From the IMG/VR virus record IMGVR_UViG_3300024272_000021: a stretch of DNA of 28,858 bases; one strand, given 5' to 3'. This DNA is from a virus (lineage: Duplodnaviria; Heunggongvirae; Uroviricota; Caudoviricetes). Of this stretch, positions 1 through 9,276 are shown piece by piece. The notes beneath the pieces were generated by a model. That model was not told where the DNA came from and did no database searches. It worked only from the letters and a program-made list of their open reading frames with translations. Each line of letters begins with the position of its first letter. Within the stretch, counting starts at the first letter, position 1. The position numbers and the translations under genes were made by a program.

Positions 1-1104
1 TTTATCATTTACACTACCAAGACCTCCAATCTTTTTCTTATTAGTTGCGCAAGCTCTAATAGCATCCATCACAAACTGATTCAGAACATCAATATCTCTT
101 TCTACATTGATGATAGGAAGTACTGATGTTGCCCATGAATACTTTCCGTCACCTCTGTAAAGATAAGACTGAACCTGATTTAGTGCTCGCTTCATAGAAA
201 TATTACGCTGTTTAATGGTCCTCGCTTCAATCTCTTTCTGGAAACTCTTGACGCGAGACTTTGCAAGCGTAATTTGGCTTCCTTTGATATTAAAACCAAG
301 AAACTTAAACCATCTATCTTTCGTAAGAATCTCTACCTTCTTAGGATTAAGTTCAAGCTCCATCTCATTAAGCATCTTCTTGATGAGCACATGTGCCCGT
401 TCCCATTCATTACCCAGCGCCAACAAGTCATCAGAATATCTTACATAGTAAACATTCATTTCACTTATTGTCTTGTCAATAGGATAAAGCACTGCGTCTG
501 CCAAGAAACTTGCTACGGCGCAACCCTGCTTTAGTGACTGATAATGTTCTATGAGCTCTCCGTTGATATCAAAACACAAATCTGCATGATAGTATTTTCT
601 TACAACATCGATTATCTTAGACTTGCCAACCTTAGATTCCATTCGGTCAAAGATTTCATCAATATACCTAATAGGAACTCTATCAAAGTATTTCGTCAAA
701 TCTGCTTTAAGACCAACTTCACGAGTCTTTGTGTTTATCACCTGCCTTGATACTTCCTGCACTATCTTGCCGCAACCAATACCGCTCTGGTATGATTTGC
801 AACTCTTATGGATAAACTCAGGAAACATCTCAAAGAACAAGTTGTTCGCAATGGATAAGAAGATACGGTCAACATTCTCATTAACATAAACTATTCTCAT
901 ATCTCCATTGTCTTTGGGAATCTGTGCTTGATGTGGTGGTGCTATCTCATAGTTATCAGTCACAATTGCGTTATACAGCGCAAGTCTAATTTCGGGAGAT
1001 GTAAGCTTCCTCAATTCTCCCTTGTCTATGTGTTTGTCTACACCAATTTCAAGTGCTTGTTCCCAACGTTCTGTCTCAAAAAACTTCTGCAACAGAATAT
1101 CCAC
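1..1104 (-). CDS. Reverse transcriptase, stand-alone/unclassified type; partial, runs off left edge
   Basis: Manual translation from GTG at 1104 (GGAGGT RBS at 1111-1116) gives 368 open codons: IPKDNGDMRIVYV..DR, ADLTKYFD, LKQGCAVASFL, YVRYSDD (YSDD at 427-438), FKFLGF. Not in the ORF track because there is no stop within the window. Confidence 0.95.
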   Translation of the reverse strand, partial: MDILLQKFFETERWEQALEIGVDKHIDKGELRKLTSPEIRLALYNAIVTDNYEIAPPHQAQIPKDNGDMRIVYVNENVDRIFLSIANNLFFEMFPEFIHKSCKSYQSGIGCGKIVQEVSRQVINTKTREVGLKADLTKYFDRVPIRYIDEIFDRMESKVGKSKIIDVVRKYYHADLCFDINGELIEHYQSLKQGCAVASFLADAVLYPIDKTISEMNVYYVRYSDDLLALGNEWERAHVLIKKMLNEMELELNPKKVEILTKDRWFKFLGFNIKGSQITLAKSRVKSFQKEIEARTIKQRNISMKRALNQVQSYLYRGDGKYSWATSVLPIINVERDIDVLNQFVMDAIRACATNKKKIGGLGSVNDK

Positions 1105-1106
1105 GT

Positions 1107-1400
1107 TTACACCTCCCATTCATCTTCTAGAGGGCACAAGAAATTCTGTATTTCTGACAATTCACAGCCCTCGTACTCTGAATTATAAAACCCACATCTA
1201 AGACAAGGATTCAGTTCTCTATAGCATGCATGAATCATATCTGGTGTTTCAAGATTCTGATTTTCTTCAAATACTTCCTCATGATTCATCTGAATATGAC
1301 TCCAGAGTTCCTCCTCTCCTACTTCAGAAAAAACTCTTTTACTATATGGTCCAAATATTGCACCACAAAACCTACACTTAAACATTCCCTTTCCCTCCAC
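1107..1400 (-). CDS. Hypothetical Cys-rich protein (CxxC motifs)
   Basis: ORF track; co-oriented with the arm; ends 2 nt before the RT start. Confidence 0.7.
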   Translation of the reverse strand: MEGKGMFKCRFCGAIFGPYSKRVFSEVGEEELWSHIQMNHEEVFEENQNLETPDMIHACYRELNPCLRCGFYNSEYEGCELSEIQNFLCPLEDEWEV

Positions 1401-1417
1401 CCATTAATCTTGTACTG

Positions 1418-2008
1418 TTATGCAGGCTTACTTACTACATAACCACGACGTTCAAGTTCTTCAATCATGTCTGTCGTTGAAAGCTGATCCATGGACATAA
1501 CCTTAATTCCGTATTGCATTTCGACGACGTTGTCTTCTACATGAATAGTACCGAAGTCATCACTATCTTCGCCTTCCCATGTAATTTCTCCATTAAGAAC
1601 ATATCCAAGAGGTTCGAAGAAGTGATTGATAAGATATTCGAGCCATGCTTCATAATCATAGAATTTTTCTGCTCCATCCCACGTAAGATTTCCCTCTTCA
1701 TTAATCATCCAATCACACCAAAGTCCTGGCTGAGTTCTTGCAGGAGAATTGCCATTGAGTACGGAAGTATCTACACGTTTTCCATCATAGGAATAACTGT
1801 GATTTTCACCTCCAATAAAATATTCGCCCTCTTCACCGAGCTCTCCCTTGAAGCACTGGTCTTCCCAATTAGGATACTGCTCCTTAATTAACTCTGGTGA
1901 CCTCTTCATGTGACGAATTCTGTTGAACTCGTTGATATATTCAACGAGCCAACTTTCAACAGGTTTATTAAAGTATAAACTTCCATTAAAATATGTACTA
2001 TATCCCAT
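1418..2008 (-). CDS. Phage hypothetical protein (MGYSTYF...)
   Basis: 196-aa ORF with AAGGAG RBS. Confidence 0.8.
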   Translation of the reverse strand: MGYSTYFNGSLYFNKPVESWLVEYINEFNRIRHMKRSPELIKEQYPNWEDQCFKGELGEEGEYFIGGENHSYSYDGKRVDTSVLNGNSPARTQPGLWCDWMINEEGNLTWDGAEKFYDYEAWLEYLINHFFEPLGYVLNGEITWEGEDSDDFGTIHVEDNVVEMQYGIKVMSMDQLSTTDMIEELERRGYVVSKPA

Positions 2009-2029
2009 AATTACATCTCCTTTATTATA

Positions 2030-2596
2030 TTAATACCATTCGTGATAGAACAATGCCTCATCATCAGTAGGATCTTCTGCGGAAACATTCTCATCAAACA
2101 GCTCATTCATTTCGGCAATTACATTTGCGTCAAGTATGTAGTATCCACAATTCTCCACATCTTCAAGAACATCATAAAACCAATCCTGCAGGTCATAATG
2201 TTTGCGCCAATATGCTTCCTCTTCTTCAAACCAAATGTAATGAGGAACGATTTTAGTAATAGTATATTTCTCTTCAATCTCTTTTCTACTAATGAATTGA
2301 CCTACATATTCATCATTATCATTGCAGCCAGAGATTCGTATTCCATCATAAGAATACATTCCGATAGATGATTTTGGCGGAAGATTATAATCTGCAATCA
2401 TCTTCTCTTTGTCATAATAATTTGTGCGTACATTCCTTGTTACAGTGTATGGAAGGAGCTGCTCAAGCAGCGCATCACTTTCTGCCTCTTCAATATCCAC
2501 AAAACTGTAGCCCATGCTAGAAAGTTCTTCGGTGGTATATACTTTATCTTCAAGCTTCGGTTTTCTTACACGTCTAATCCACATATCAAGTCCCAT
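2030..2596 (-). CDS. Phage protein of MGLD...YWRK type, paralog of 5079-5756
   Basis: MGLDMW N-terminus, EEAYWRKHYDLQDWF, and C-terminal Y..W shared with 5079-5756. Confidence 0.8.
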   Translation of the reverse strand: MGLDMWIRRVRKPKLEDKVYTTEELSSMGYSFVDIEEAESDALLEQLLPYTVTRNVRTNYYDKEKMIADYNLPPKSSIGMYSYDGIRISGCNDNDEYVGQFISRKEIEEKYTITKIVPHYIWFEEEEAYWRKHYDLQDWFYDVLEDVENCGYYILDANVIAEMNELFDENVSAEDPTDDEALFYHEWY

Positions 2597-2598
2597 AA

Positions 2599-3114
2599 TT
2601 ACATCTCCTTTCTTTTTACTGGATAAAATCCCTGGTCAGGATCTCCATAACTCTTGCCATCACATTCTTCATAAGTTCCATTATAACTAGCGGATACAAG
2701 TTTTAACGGATACTTAAGCGAATCAATTTCATTGTCGTAACAACCAATATCAATTCCAACTATTCTGTTGTGAAATGTGTGCTCGTCAATCTCTTTCATT
2801 AATGGAAATTCTCCATTCCACTTCAAACGGTTTTTTATAATGCCTTCCTTAAGCATGCATTCTACTGGACCCCGATTGCTACGATTTTGATATACGCGCT
2901 CCTGCATTTCCGCATTCCAAAAAGCAAGAAGCTCATACATGTCGTATTTAGGTCTTCCATCCTCTTTCATTCCGAGATACCCATAATCTTGATAATAGTC
3001 TTTAATGAAACCACCACCAAATTCCTTTGGTATCAAACACTTAAAAGGCGCACCATATGCTATATTTACTATCTTAGTGAGATTATCCGCTTTGAGCCAG
3101 CTAAAACTTCCCAT
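2599..3114 (-). CDS. Phage hypothetical protein (MGSFSW...)
   Basis: 171-aa ORF with upstream purine-rich RBS. Confidence 0.8.
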   Translation of the reverse strand: MGSFSWLKADNLTKIVNIAYGAPFKCLIPKEFGGGFIKDYYQDYGYLGMKEDGRPKYDMYELLAFWNAEMQERVYQNRSNRGPVECMLKEGIIKNRLKWNGEFPLMKEIDEHTFHNRIVGIDIGCYDNEIDSLKYPLKLVSASYNGTYEECDGKSYGDPDQGFYPVKRKEM

Positions 3115-3131
3115 GTTATATATCCTTTCTT

Positions 3132-4097
3132 TTATACAGCAATCTTCTTATTTACCAAAGTTGTAAACTGATCAAACATTATATGCCCATCCATTATCTT
3201 GCCCCAACGATTTTCTTCATAGGTTGCAGTTTTACGTCCAGGAGTCGAATGAGTAACAACATCGCTCATTGCATTAATTGCCTTCCATGCGCTTCCCTCA
3301 AACTTCTGAATGTCGGGCATATTGTATGCATTCCAGTATCTAGTCTTAAACTGGAAAATGTTATTTCTCTTCACATCGCTGGCATTTTCATCGACAGGGA
3401 ACATCTCATTGAGAATTTCTTCGATCTGTTCTTCATAAAGCTTTGCATTTGCAAGACGGTCAGCTTCAATATCAAGATTAACCATGTACTTATCTGCCAT
3501 CTGCAAACACATTTTCGCTTCTTCAAGCTTGGACTGCATATCACCTACATGCTTAGTACTCCAAGATCTCTTTGCCTGTGCAAGTGCCATATTAAGAGTA
3601 TTGTTGCACACAATTCGAATCGGAGTCAGACCAACTTTGATTGCGCCAGTTCCATCATGACTGTTGCTGAAGAACATATAAGGTTCAACATCGTCATCAA
3701 GCACCTTCTGCGTAGGCATCTTAGCAAGCAGCCAAATCTTTCGACCACCGCAAAGGGAACCTGCAGTTTCGTACCTTACAACTCCGTTTTCCGTTTCACC
3801 TACAATTGCATCAGTAAACTCAAATGCTTCTGTATTCTGAACAATCTTATAGCGGTCACTTACAATACCGAGGATGGAACCATCAGAGCTACGTCTGTTT
3901 GCCTTATAGCCAGGAATCAGAAGTCCTGCGTCGGTATATACGGGAGTCTGGTCTACAGTCCAGTCAAGTCCTGCAAGACGAAGTGCATCTTCACTAGTCG
4001 GTGCTTCCCATATCAGTCGAGTATGTTCTTTAGTTTCTTCATAGTGCCAAGGCTTTACACGACCTGCGCTGAACATGTATTCTACGTTGTGTGCCAT
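3132..4097 (-). CDS. DUF932/DUF945 (TIGR03299-type phage/plasmid) protein
   Basis: PWH..., ALRLAGLDWTV, GIVSDRYKIVQNTEAF, YETAGSL, NSHDGTG, TPIRIVCNNTL motifs. Confidence 0.88.
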   Translation of the reverse strand: MAHNVEYMFSAGRVKPWHYEETKEHTRLIWEAPTSEDALRLAGLDWTVDQTPVYTDAGLLIPGYKANRRSSDGSILGIVSDRYKIVQNTEAFEFTDAIVGETENGVVRYETAGSLCGGRKIWLLAKMPTQKVLDDDVEPYMFFSNSHDGTGAIKVGLTPIRIVCNNTLNMALAQAKRSWSTKHVGDMQSKLEEAKMCLQMADKYMVNLDIEADRLANAKLYEEQIEEILNEMFPVDENASDVKRNNIFQFKTRYWNAYNMPDIQKFEGSAWKAINAMSDVVTHSTPGRKTATYEENRWGKIMDGHIMFDQFTTLVNKKIAV

Positions 4098-4128
4098 TAT
4101 TATATACCTCCATTAATCTTGTGTTGTA

Positions 4129-4545
4129 TTAACCGTAATAAGTTCCAACAATGCGACGAATATACTTTCTGTAGTCAAAATTATCCGGTAGATATTCGCT
4201 CAGCTTTTCTTTGAATTCATCGACAAGTTCGTCCATGTTGTTATAAGGTGCCTTAAACAACGTAGCATAATGTTTTACCGGCACGTAATATATAGAATCA
4301 TTGTTGTATACCTCTCCAGTATTCCATATGTTGATTCCCTTATCATCGATTTCCATTGCTTCGCCTGTAAATTCACTGATATACTCTACAATTCCATTTT
4401 CATATATTGCAATCCAGTAATCGGTGTAATTTTCATCATAGTCTTCTTCGGTATACCAGTCAATTGTCTTAGCTGCAATAAGTTTGAGTGATTTATCTGT
4501 CATCAGTAGACCATAATCGTCAACTGCATAATCTCTCATACTCAT
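4129..4545 (-). CDS. Hypothetical protein
   Basis: ORF track; co-oriented acidic phage-type ORF. Confidence 0.75.
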   Translation of the reverse strand: MSMRDYAVDDYGLLMTDKSLKLIAAKTIDWYTEEDYDENYTDYWIAIYENGIVEYISEFTGEAMEIDDKGINIWNTGEVYNNDSIYYVPVKHYATLFKAPYNNMDELVDEFKEKLSEYLPDNFDYRKYIRRIVGTYYG

Positions 4546-4559
4546 AGTTAATTCCTCCT

Positions 4560-4853
4560 TTAATCCTCAATAATCCATTCTTCTACACATACCTGATGAC
4601 TTTCATAAAACTCATCTTCGCCAAACGAAACACAATAGTAACCTATCTGATCATCTTCTTCAATCCACGTTGCACCAGATTCGGCATTTTTATATTCTTT
4701 AATTTCTTTTACAAATCTCTTTTTTATCTCCTTAAATTCCTCCTTTGCCTTTTGAATGGCTTTGTTTCTGTCGTAAAAACAGCCTAACTTACGTTGTTCA
4801 AATGAGAAATCATAATCTAATCTATCTGTACTTTCTACGGTATATACTTTCAT
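4560..4853 (-). CDS. Hypothetical protein
   Basis: ORF track; ATGA overlap with upstream gene. Confidence 0.75.
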   Translation of the reverse strand: MKVYTVESTDRLDYDFSFEQRKLGCFYDRNKAIQKAKEEFKEIKKRFVKEIKEYKNAESGATWIEEDDQIGYYCVSFGEDEFYESHQVCVEEWIIED

Positions 4854-5068
4854 TCATCATCCTCCAATATATCATAAAATATTACATCATTCTTTGAGGC
4901 TTCCCTTAGCACCTCGATATCATATTCTTCATAGTCATCATAATCGAGATTAAGTTCTCCATTATTGTAAAGCTCTGTTACTTTTGCTAAAGCTTCATCT
5001 TCATTCTTTGCTTTAACAACCCACTCTCTTGCCAGTGTTTCTGTCACTTTTACTACGTAGTATTCCAT
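4850..5068 (-). CDS. DpnD/PcfM-like small protein
   Basis: YVVKVTETLAREWVVKAKNEDEALAKV..Y....LDYDDY matches the family pattern as I recall it. Confidence 0.65.
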   Translation of the reverse strand: MEYYVVKVTETLAREWVVKAKNEDEALAKVTELYNNGELNLDYDDYEEYDIEVLREASKNDVIFYDILEDDE

Positions 5069-5078
5069 GATGCCCTCC

Positions 5079-5756
5079 TTACCAGCTGCTCACATAGTAA
5101 ATCATCTGAGTATCAAAATCCGTTGTTTCAAGTACTTTGGTAATGATATCAATTGTGTACTTAATATCATCTACATAATACTCATCATAATCCGTACTTC
5201 CAAAGAAGAATCCACAAGTACTCGGAAGCAGTTCTTCTGCGACGCTAGAATCTTTTACATACTGGCCATCTTCCATGATGGGATTACGAGAACCATCTTC
5301 ATTAAAAGTATATCCATTAGCAATCTTTCCGTTGACAAGCTCGCAACTATCGAGTACTCTCTTGCATACATCAAGCAGTTCTTCAAGAGTTTCCTTAGTT
5401 ACTTCGTCATGGTAACAACAATCATCCACACCATCCTGCACATTTTCCACAAACCAATTGTGAATCTGATTTGCTTTTCGCCAGTAACCAACCTCTTCAG
5501 AAATATGAATTCTTTCAAAGCGCCGCTCGACATCCCATTCAGGGCAGTCAAGTCTAGCATGCTTCTTGTAGAATCCCATTACCTTGCCTTTCGGTACATC
5601 TTTATAATTAATACCGCACCATTTTTCTAACGTACAATTACACTCTTTCCTTTCCTTCTTGCGTTTCCAGTCCAGATAAGATTCGATTGCGTTAATCTCA
5701 CGAGGAGTAGTATTACCATAACGAGGCATTCTTTCAAGATACATATCAAGTCCCAT
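5079..5756 (-). CDS. Phage protein of MGLD...YWRKANQIH type
   Basis: MGLDMYL, EEVGYWRKANQIHNWFV, GFFFGSTDYDEYY; start moved to 5756 on RBS spacing. Confidence 0.85.
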   Translation of the reverse strand: MGLDMYLERMPRYGNTTPREINAIESYLDWKRKKERKECNCTLEKWCGINYKDVPKGKVMGFYKKHARLDCPEWDVERRFERIHISEEVGYWRKANQIHNWFVENVQDGVDDCCYHDEVTKETLEELLDVCKRVLDSCELVNGKIANGYTFNEDGSRNPIMEDGQYVKDSSVAEELLPSTCGFFFGSTDYDEYYVDDIKYTIDIITKVLETTDFDTQMIYYVSSW

Positions 5757-5777
5757 ATTCATTCTCCCTTCTAACTA

Positions 5778-6377
5778 TTAAGTAAGTTCAAATATCTCAT
5801 TTCCACATCTGCAAATATCGTCCACATTTCTCAGTTTCTCAACAACATCATCAAGATCTTCAATGGCAATCTCGCTGATATCATAACCAACATCAACTAT
5901 ATCATCCAAAGTCTTTGGCTCAAATTCGTCATCACACTCCTGCATTTCTCTGTTGTACTCCTCCAGAGATTCGTAGTAGTTATAAACTCCATTGCAAACT
6001 GTTTCATCATCAAGGTAAATATCCAAATCACCTTCACTCATAGATTGCATGCTGTTCATTCCGTCTTCGCTCAATGCAATCAGACCATAGTTTCTGCTAA
6101 AACCTCCCTTTATAAAAGTTTCATTTGGATACATTGCTTGGATGAATTCAAACTCAGCGCTGCCCTCACCGCCATCAATACCGCCTCCGTTGACTTCACA
6201 GAATCGAACAAGCCTAAGTTTCAGTTCCTTTTCACTTTCATCTTCATGGTTGTAGATACATTTTACAATAGCTTGCGCTTTTAAGAGTGCATCATAACTG
6301 TAAGCTGACCAGTGATAGTAGATTTTACATAACTCTTCTCCCATATTATGTATTGTTACAACAAGTCTTTGCCCCAT
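5778..6377 (-). CDS. Hypothetical protein (MGQRL...)
   Basis: AGGAGG RBS 7 nt upstream of ATG 6377. Confidence 0.8.
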   Translation of the reverse strand: MGQRLVVTIHNMGEELCKIYYHWSAYSYDALLKAQAIVKCIYNHEDESEKELKLRLVRFCEVNGGGIDGGEGSAEFEFIQAMYPNETFIKGGFSRNYGLIALSEDGMNSMQSMSEGDLDIYLDDETVCNGVYNYYESLEEYNREMQECDDEFEPKTLDDIVDVGYDISEIAIEDLDDVVEKLRNVDDICRCGNEIFELT

Positions 6378-6931
6378 TACCATTCCTCCTTAAAAATATA
6401 TTCTACTTCTTCATATCCATCAGGAGCATTTCGCTCAATGGAAATCACATCGTTTGCCCACGTTCCAACATCAGGACTGTCGCCATGATAATCACCACCG
6501 CCAAGTCCGTTACCAATTACGGTCAGCAAAGGCAGAGGATGAATACACCAACCATCATTAACGCAGTTATTATAATAATCATCGCAGTTGATATAGATTT
6601 TCTTTGTGTGGTTTACAAGGAACAGTTCATCAAGATACAAGGGGTCCCACTTAAGGCCAATACCCTTTCCTTTCCATGCCTTAATGCAAAGTCTTGTAAG
6701 TTCTTCCTTTTCAATTCCATTAGTAGTATTTGCGCTGTCAGCATAATCGCCAACCCATACAACCTTCATAGGATTACGGAGCAGTTTCCTGCAAAGTGTA
6801 GCAACAAATGCATTCTTCCACCAAGAATGCTCCATAAGCTTCGCCATAGTATATTCGCCATCTACATCTCGGTTATAAACTCTTTCAAAACCTTTCGCGC
6901 TAGTAAGAATAGGCCTGTAATACTGTCCCAT
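6377..6931 (-). CDS. Conserved phage hypothetical protein (MGQYY...KLMEHSW...HPLPLLT..GNG.GGGDY)
   Basis: ORF track, start moved to MGQYY at 6931. Confidence 0.8.
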   Translation of the reverse strand: MGQYYRPILTSAKGFERVYNRDVDGEYTMAKLMEHSWWKNAFVATLCRKLLRNPMKVVWVGDYADSANTTNGIEKEELTRLCIKAWKGKGIGLKWDPLYLDELFLVNHTKKIYINCDDYYNNCVNDGWCIHPLPLLTVIGNGLGGGDYHGDSPDVGTWANDVISIERNAPDGYEEVEYIFKEEW

Positions 6932-6948
6932 TTTTATTCTCCTTTCTA

Positions 6949-7458
6949 TTACCATCCATAAGCTTTTGCCACATACGGATGCAGAGACTTTGTGTAGTAA
7001 TTGAGTCGCCAAGAACTTATTAGTTCTCCGTTATAAATTGCATTCAGCAGATTATCAATATTACGATCTTCACGAATGACTCTGTACAGAATGAGATTTG
7101 CTCCGTCATGATATATGCAGTTAGCTCGAATATTATATCCATCGCTGTAATATTCGTTATAGTCCTCAGACATGTTAAAAATTTCATTTACGTTACAACC
7201 CAGAATTTGATATCCTTGCCTACGTCCATACCAAAGACCAAGGTCTGCAATTGCAATAATACGACCTTCTGTTTCGATATTGAGATTCATACGCTCATCG
7301 TCCAGATATTGCGCAAGCGTTTCGTCAATGTATCTCCACAAATTCTCTTCGTTTTCTATGTCTTCGTCCCATCCGTTGATTTCTGCCGTTTCCTTATAAC
7401 CTTCTTTCCAGTCTTCAGGGTTAACAAGCACATTACTCCAAATGGTTCTGTTTTTCAT
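6949..7458 (-). CDS. Phage hypothetical protein
   Basis: 169-aa ORF with GAAGGA RBS. Confidence 0.8.
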   Translation of the reverse strand: MKNRTIWSNVLVNPEDWKEGYKETAEINGWDEDIENEENLWRYIDETLAQYLDDERMNLNIETEGRIIAIADLGLWYGRRQGYQILGCNVNEIFNMSEDYNEYYSDGYNIRANCIYHDGANLILYRVIREDRNIDNLLNAIYNGELISSWRLNYYTKSLHPYVAKAYGW

Positions 7459-7508
7459 GACTCATCTTCCTTCTCGCATTAATTTTGTATTGTTATTGTA
7501 GGACCATA

Positions 7509-7814
7509 TTAGACGGTCCATGCTCCAATGTACAAATATCCACCGGAATCCTTATCATCTGCCTCGCAGTGAAAATAACCTGTATCAGAATCAATGTTGA
7601 GGTTCTTTGTCTTTCCCTTTTTGATACATTCGTTCAGATGTGGCATTGCAACATTATTGAGCCACCAGAAGAAATCATCCATACTCTTAGAAGTTTTATC
7701 TCCCTCAAAATTCTGTCTGCCCATGGGAATATCGATTTCTCTTGTTGTGATGATCGCTCTTGCACCCCACCATAATTCAGGAGTTTTATTTTCAGGGTAA
7801 ATTCCAAATCTCAT
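7509..7814 (-). CDS. Hypothetical protein
   Basis: GGAGGT RBS before ATG 7814. Confidence 0.75.
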   Translation of the reverse strand: MRFGIYPENKTPELWWGARAIITTREIDIPMGRQNFEGDKTSKSMDDFFWWLNNVAMPHLNECIKKGKTKNLNIDSDTGYFHCEADDKDSGGYLYIGAWTV

Positions 7815-7818
7815 ATTG

Positions 7819-8040
7819 TTACCTCCTATCATTCACTAATTTTGTTTCTATTATAACATCATTCTTGTTTATTTGTCCCTCCAATCTCTTAATTTTTTCT
7901 TTTAAGTTTTCATATGCGATAGTCGAACCAATCATGCCAATGATGATTAACAGGAAACTAAGTTTCCGTATCAATTCGAAATTGCCAGCATATGTAGTCA
8001 TGTACACTCCTAGAATACTAAATTGTAATAACACTATCAT
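7819..8040 (-). CDS. Small membrane protein
   Basis: Two hydrophobic stretches followed by a charged tail. Confidence 0.6.
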   Translation of the reverse strand: MIVLLQFSILGVYMTTYAGNFELIRKLSFLLIIIGMIGSTIAYENLKEKIKRLEGQINKNDVIIETKLVNDRR

Positions 8041-8255
8041 TGCATCACTCTCCTTAGTGTTTCATTTGCTTTCTCCTTTATTTGATAATACACAGTTCCT
8101 TTTATAACTTCTTCAATTGCGCATACTGAACCATAACAGCCATCTATACCATACTCACAGCTTTGATATCCAATACATGCTTTACCATGACAAGGGGCTT
8201 CCTGTAAGAGATTGTCGAGTTGTTCATAAAGTATATCGTAGTTTACCTTTGCCAT
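8037..8255 (-). CDS. Hypothetical Cys-rich protein
   Basis: ORF track; co-oriented. Confidence 0.7.
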   Translation of the reverse strand: MAKVNYDILYEQLDNLLQEAPCHGKACIGYQSCEYGIDGCYGSVCAIEEVIKGTVYYQIKEKANETLRRVMQ

Positions 8256-8534
8256 TTACGTTACCTCCGTATCAAATCCTAAGTCCATAAGAAGTTCACG
8301 GACAACTGCAATGCCGCTACAATATTTGGCATGCAAATCTATTTCCTGTCTAAGTGCTAGTTTCCTTGCTTTTAAATATTGATAACGAGCAAATGTAATA
8401 TTCTCACCACGTTCAAAATCTGCTTTTAGTTGTTCTCGTGTTACCTCGTCAAGCTCTTTCTGTAGAATCTTTGAGGTAGATAGTTCGTCTCGGTATAGCT
8501 CAGAAACTTTATCAATGATTTCCTTCATTTGCAT
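8256..8534 (-). CDS. Hypothetical coiled-coil protein
   Basis: ORF track; GGAGGT RBS. Confidence 0.7.
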   Translation of the reverse strand: MQMKEIIDKVSELYRDELSTSKILQKELDEVTREQLKADFERGENITFARYQYLKARKLALRQEIDLHAKYCSGIAVVRELLMDLGFDTEVT

Positions 8535-8551
8535 TTATTCTACCTCCATTA

Positions 8552-8773
8552 TTAGTAGTTAGCATCTCTTAGATTGTCTGCTTGCTTTGGCGTTGTAACA
8601 ACAATTCGATTGTCGTGCTCGTACTCTCCAGAATGAATCAATTCTTTAACTTCATCGTATGTGACAACAGTTCTGTTATAAAGAATACAAACTTCCTTTT
8701 CTGTTCCACTTATGATTTCTCCATCCGAGTTAGAACAGCCAACTGTAAAATCAATTCTCATTATATTCTTCAT
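8552..8773 (-). CDS. Hypothetical protein
   Basis: ORF track; GGAGGT RBS. Confidence 0.7.
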   Translation of the reverse strand: MKNIMRIDFTVGCSNSDGEIISGTEKEVCILYNRTVVTYDEVKELIHSGEYEHDNRIVVTTPKQADNLRDANY

Positions 8774-8774
8774 G

Positions 8775-9080
8775 TCACTTTACCTCCGTCCATCCGTTTC
8801 GCTCAATGATTCGTCTCATGTTAGCTACACCAACGGGGTTCATACTGTGAATTCGGATAGGATAGTTGCGGCCAGTTTCTTCGAGCCAGTCAAGGAGTTT
8901 TATGTAATCACCGCCACCAAATCTTGCGTAGTCTCCTGCATCATGGTCTAGGTCAATAAGTTCTATTGTTTCCCCAAGAACTTCTTCAAAAAGTCGTATA
9001 GTACTCTTGGAATCGGATACGCTACGACACCATATATATTCCTCAGGCGCAGGACGCACATCATCAACCCAAAGTTTCAT
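8775..9080 (-). CDS. Cyclic-phosphate-processing receiver-like (cREC) domain protein
   Basis: KLWVDDVRPAP, IDLDHDAG, IHSMNPVG motifs; start at MKLW (9080). Confidence 0.75.
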   Translation of the reverse strand: MKLWVDDVRPAPEEYIWCRSVSDSKSTIRLFEEVLGETIELIDLDHDAGDYARFGGGDYIKLLDWLEETGRNYPIRIHSMNPVGVANMRRIIERNGWTEVK

Positions 9081-9264
9081 TTGCCTTCTCCCTTCTAGTA
9101 AGCACACACTTGTTGCAAGCATAAACTCTTGCAGGTGAGACGATAGATTCCTTAGGATAGTCGGTATCAAGAGTAACGATATACTTCACAGATACGTTTG
9201 TCTTGCAGAATGCACATCTGTTATTGTATCTGTTACCTACATAGACGAATTTAGTTACACTCAT
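9064..9264 (-). CDS. Small Zn-finger-like protein (CAFC...CNKC)
   Basis: Two CxxC pairs. Confidence 0.65.
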   Translation of the reverse strand: MSVTKFVYVGNRYNNRCAFCKTNVSVKYIVTLDTDYPKESIVSPARVYACNKCVLTRREKANETLG

Positions 9265-9276
9265 AACATCATTCCC

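Noticed and set aside
1-1400. RT as a group II intron or DGR
   Set aside because: A protein-coding gene abuts the RT start, leaving no room for intron RNA; no DGR motif and no TR/VR pair seen. The downstream side is outside the window, so this is provisional.
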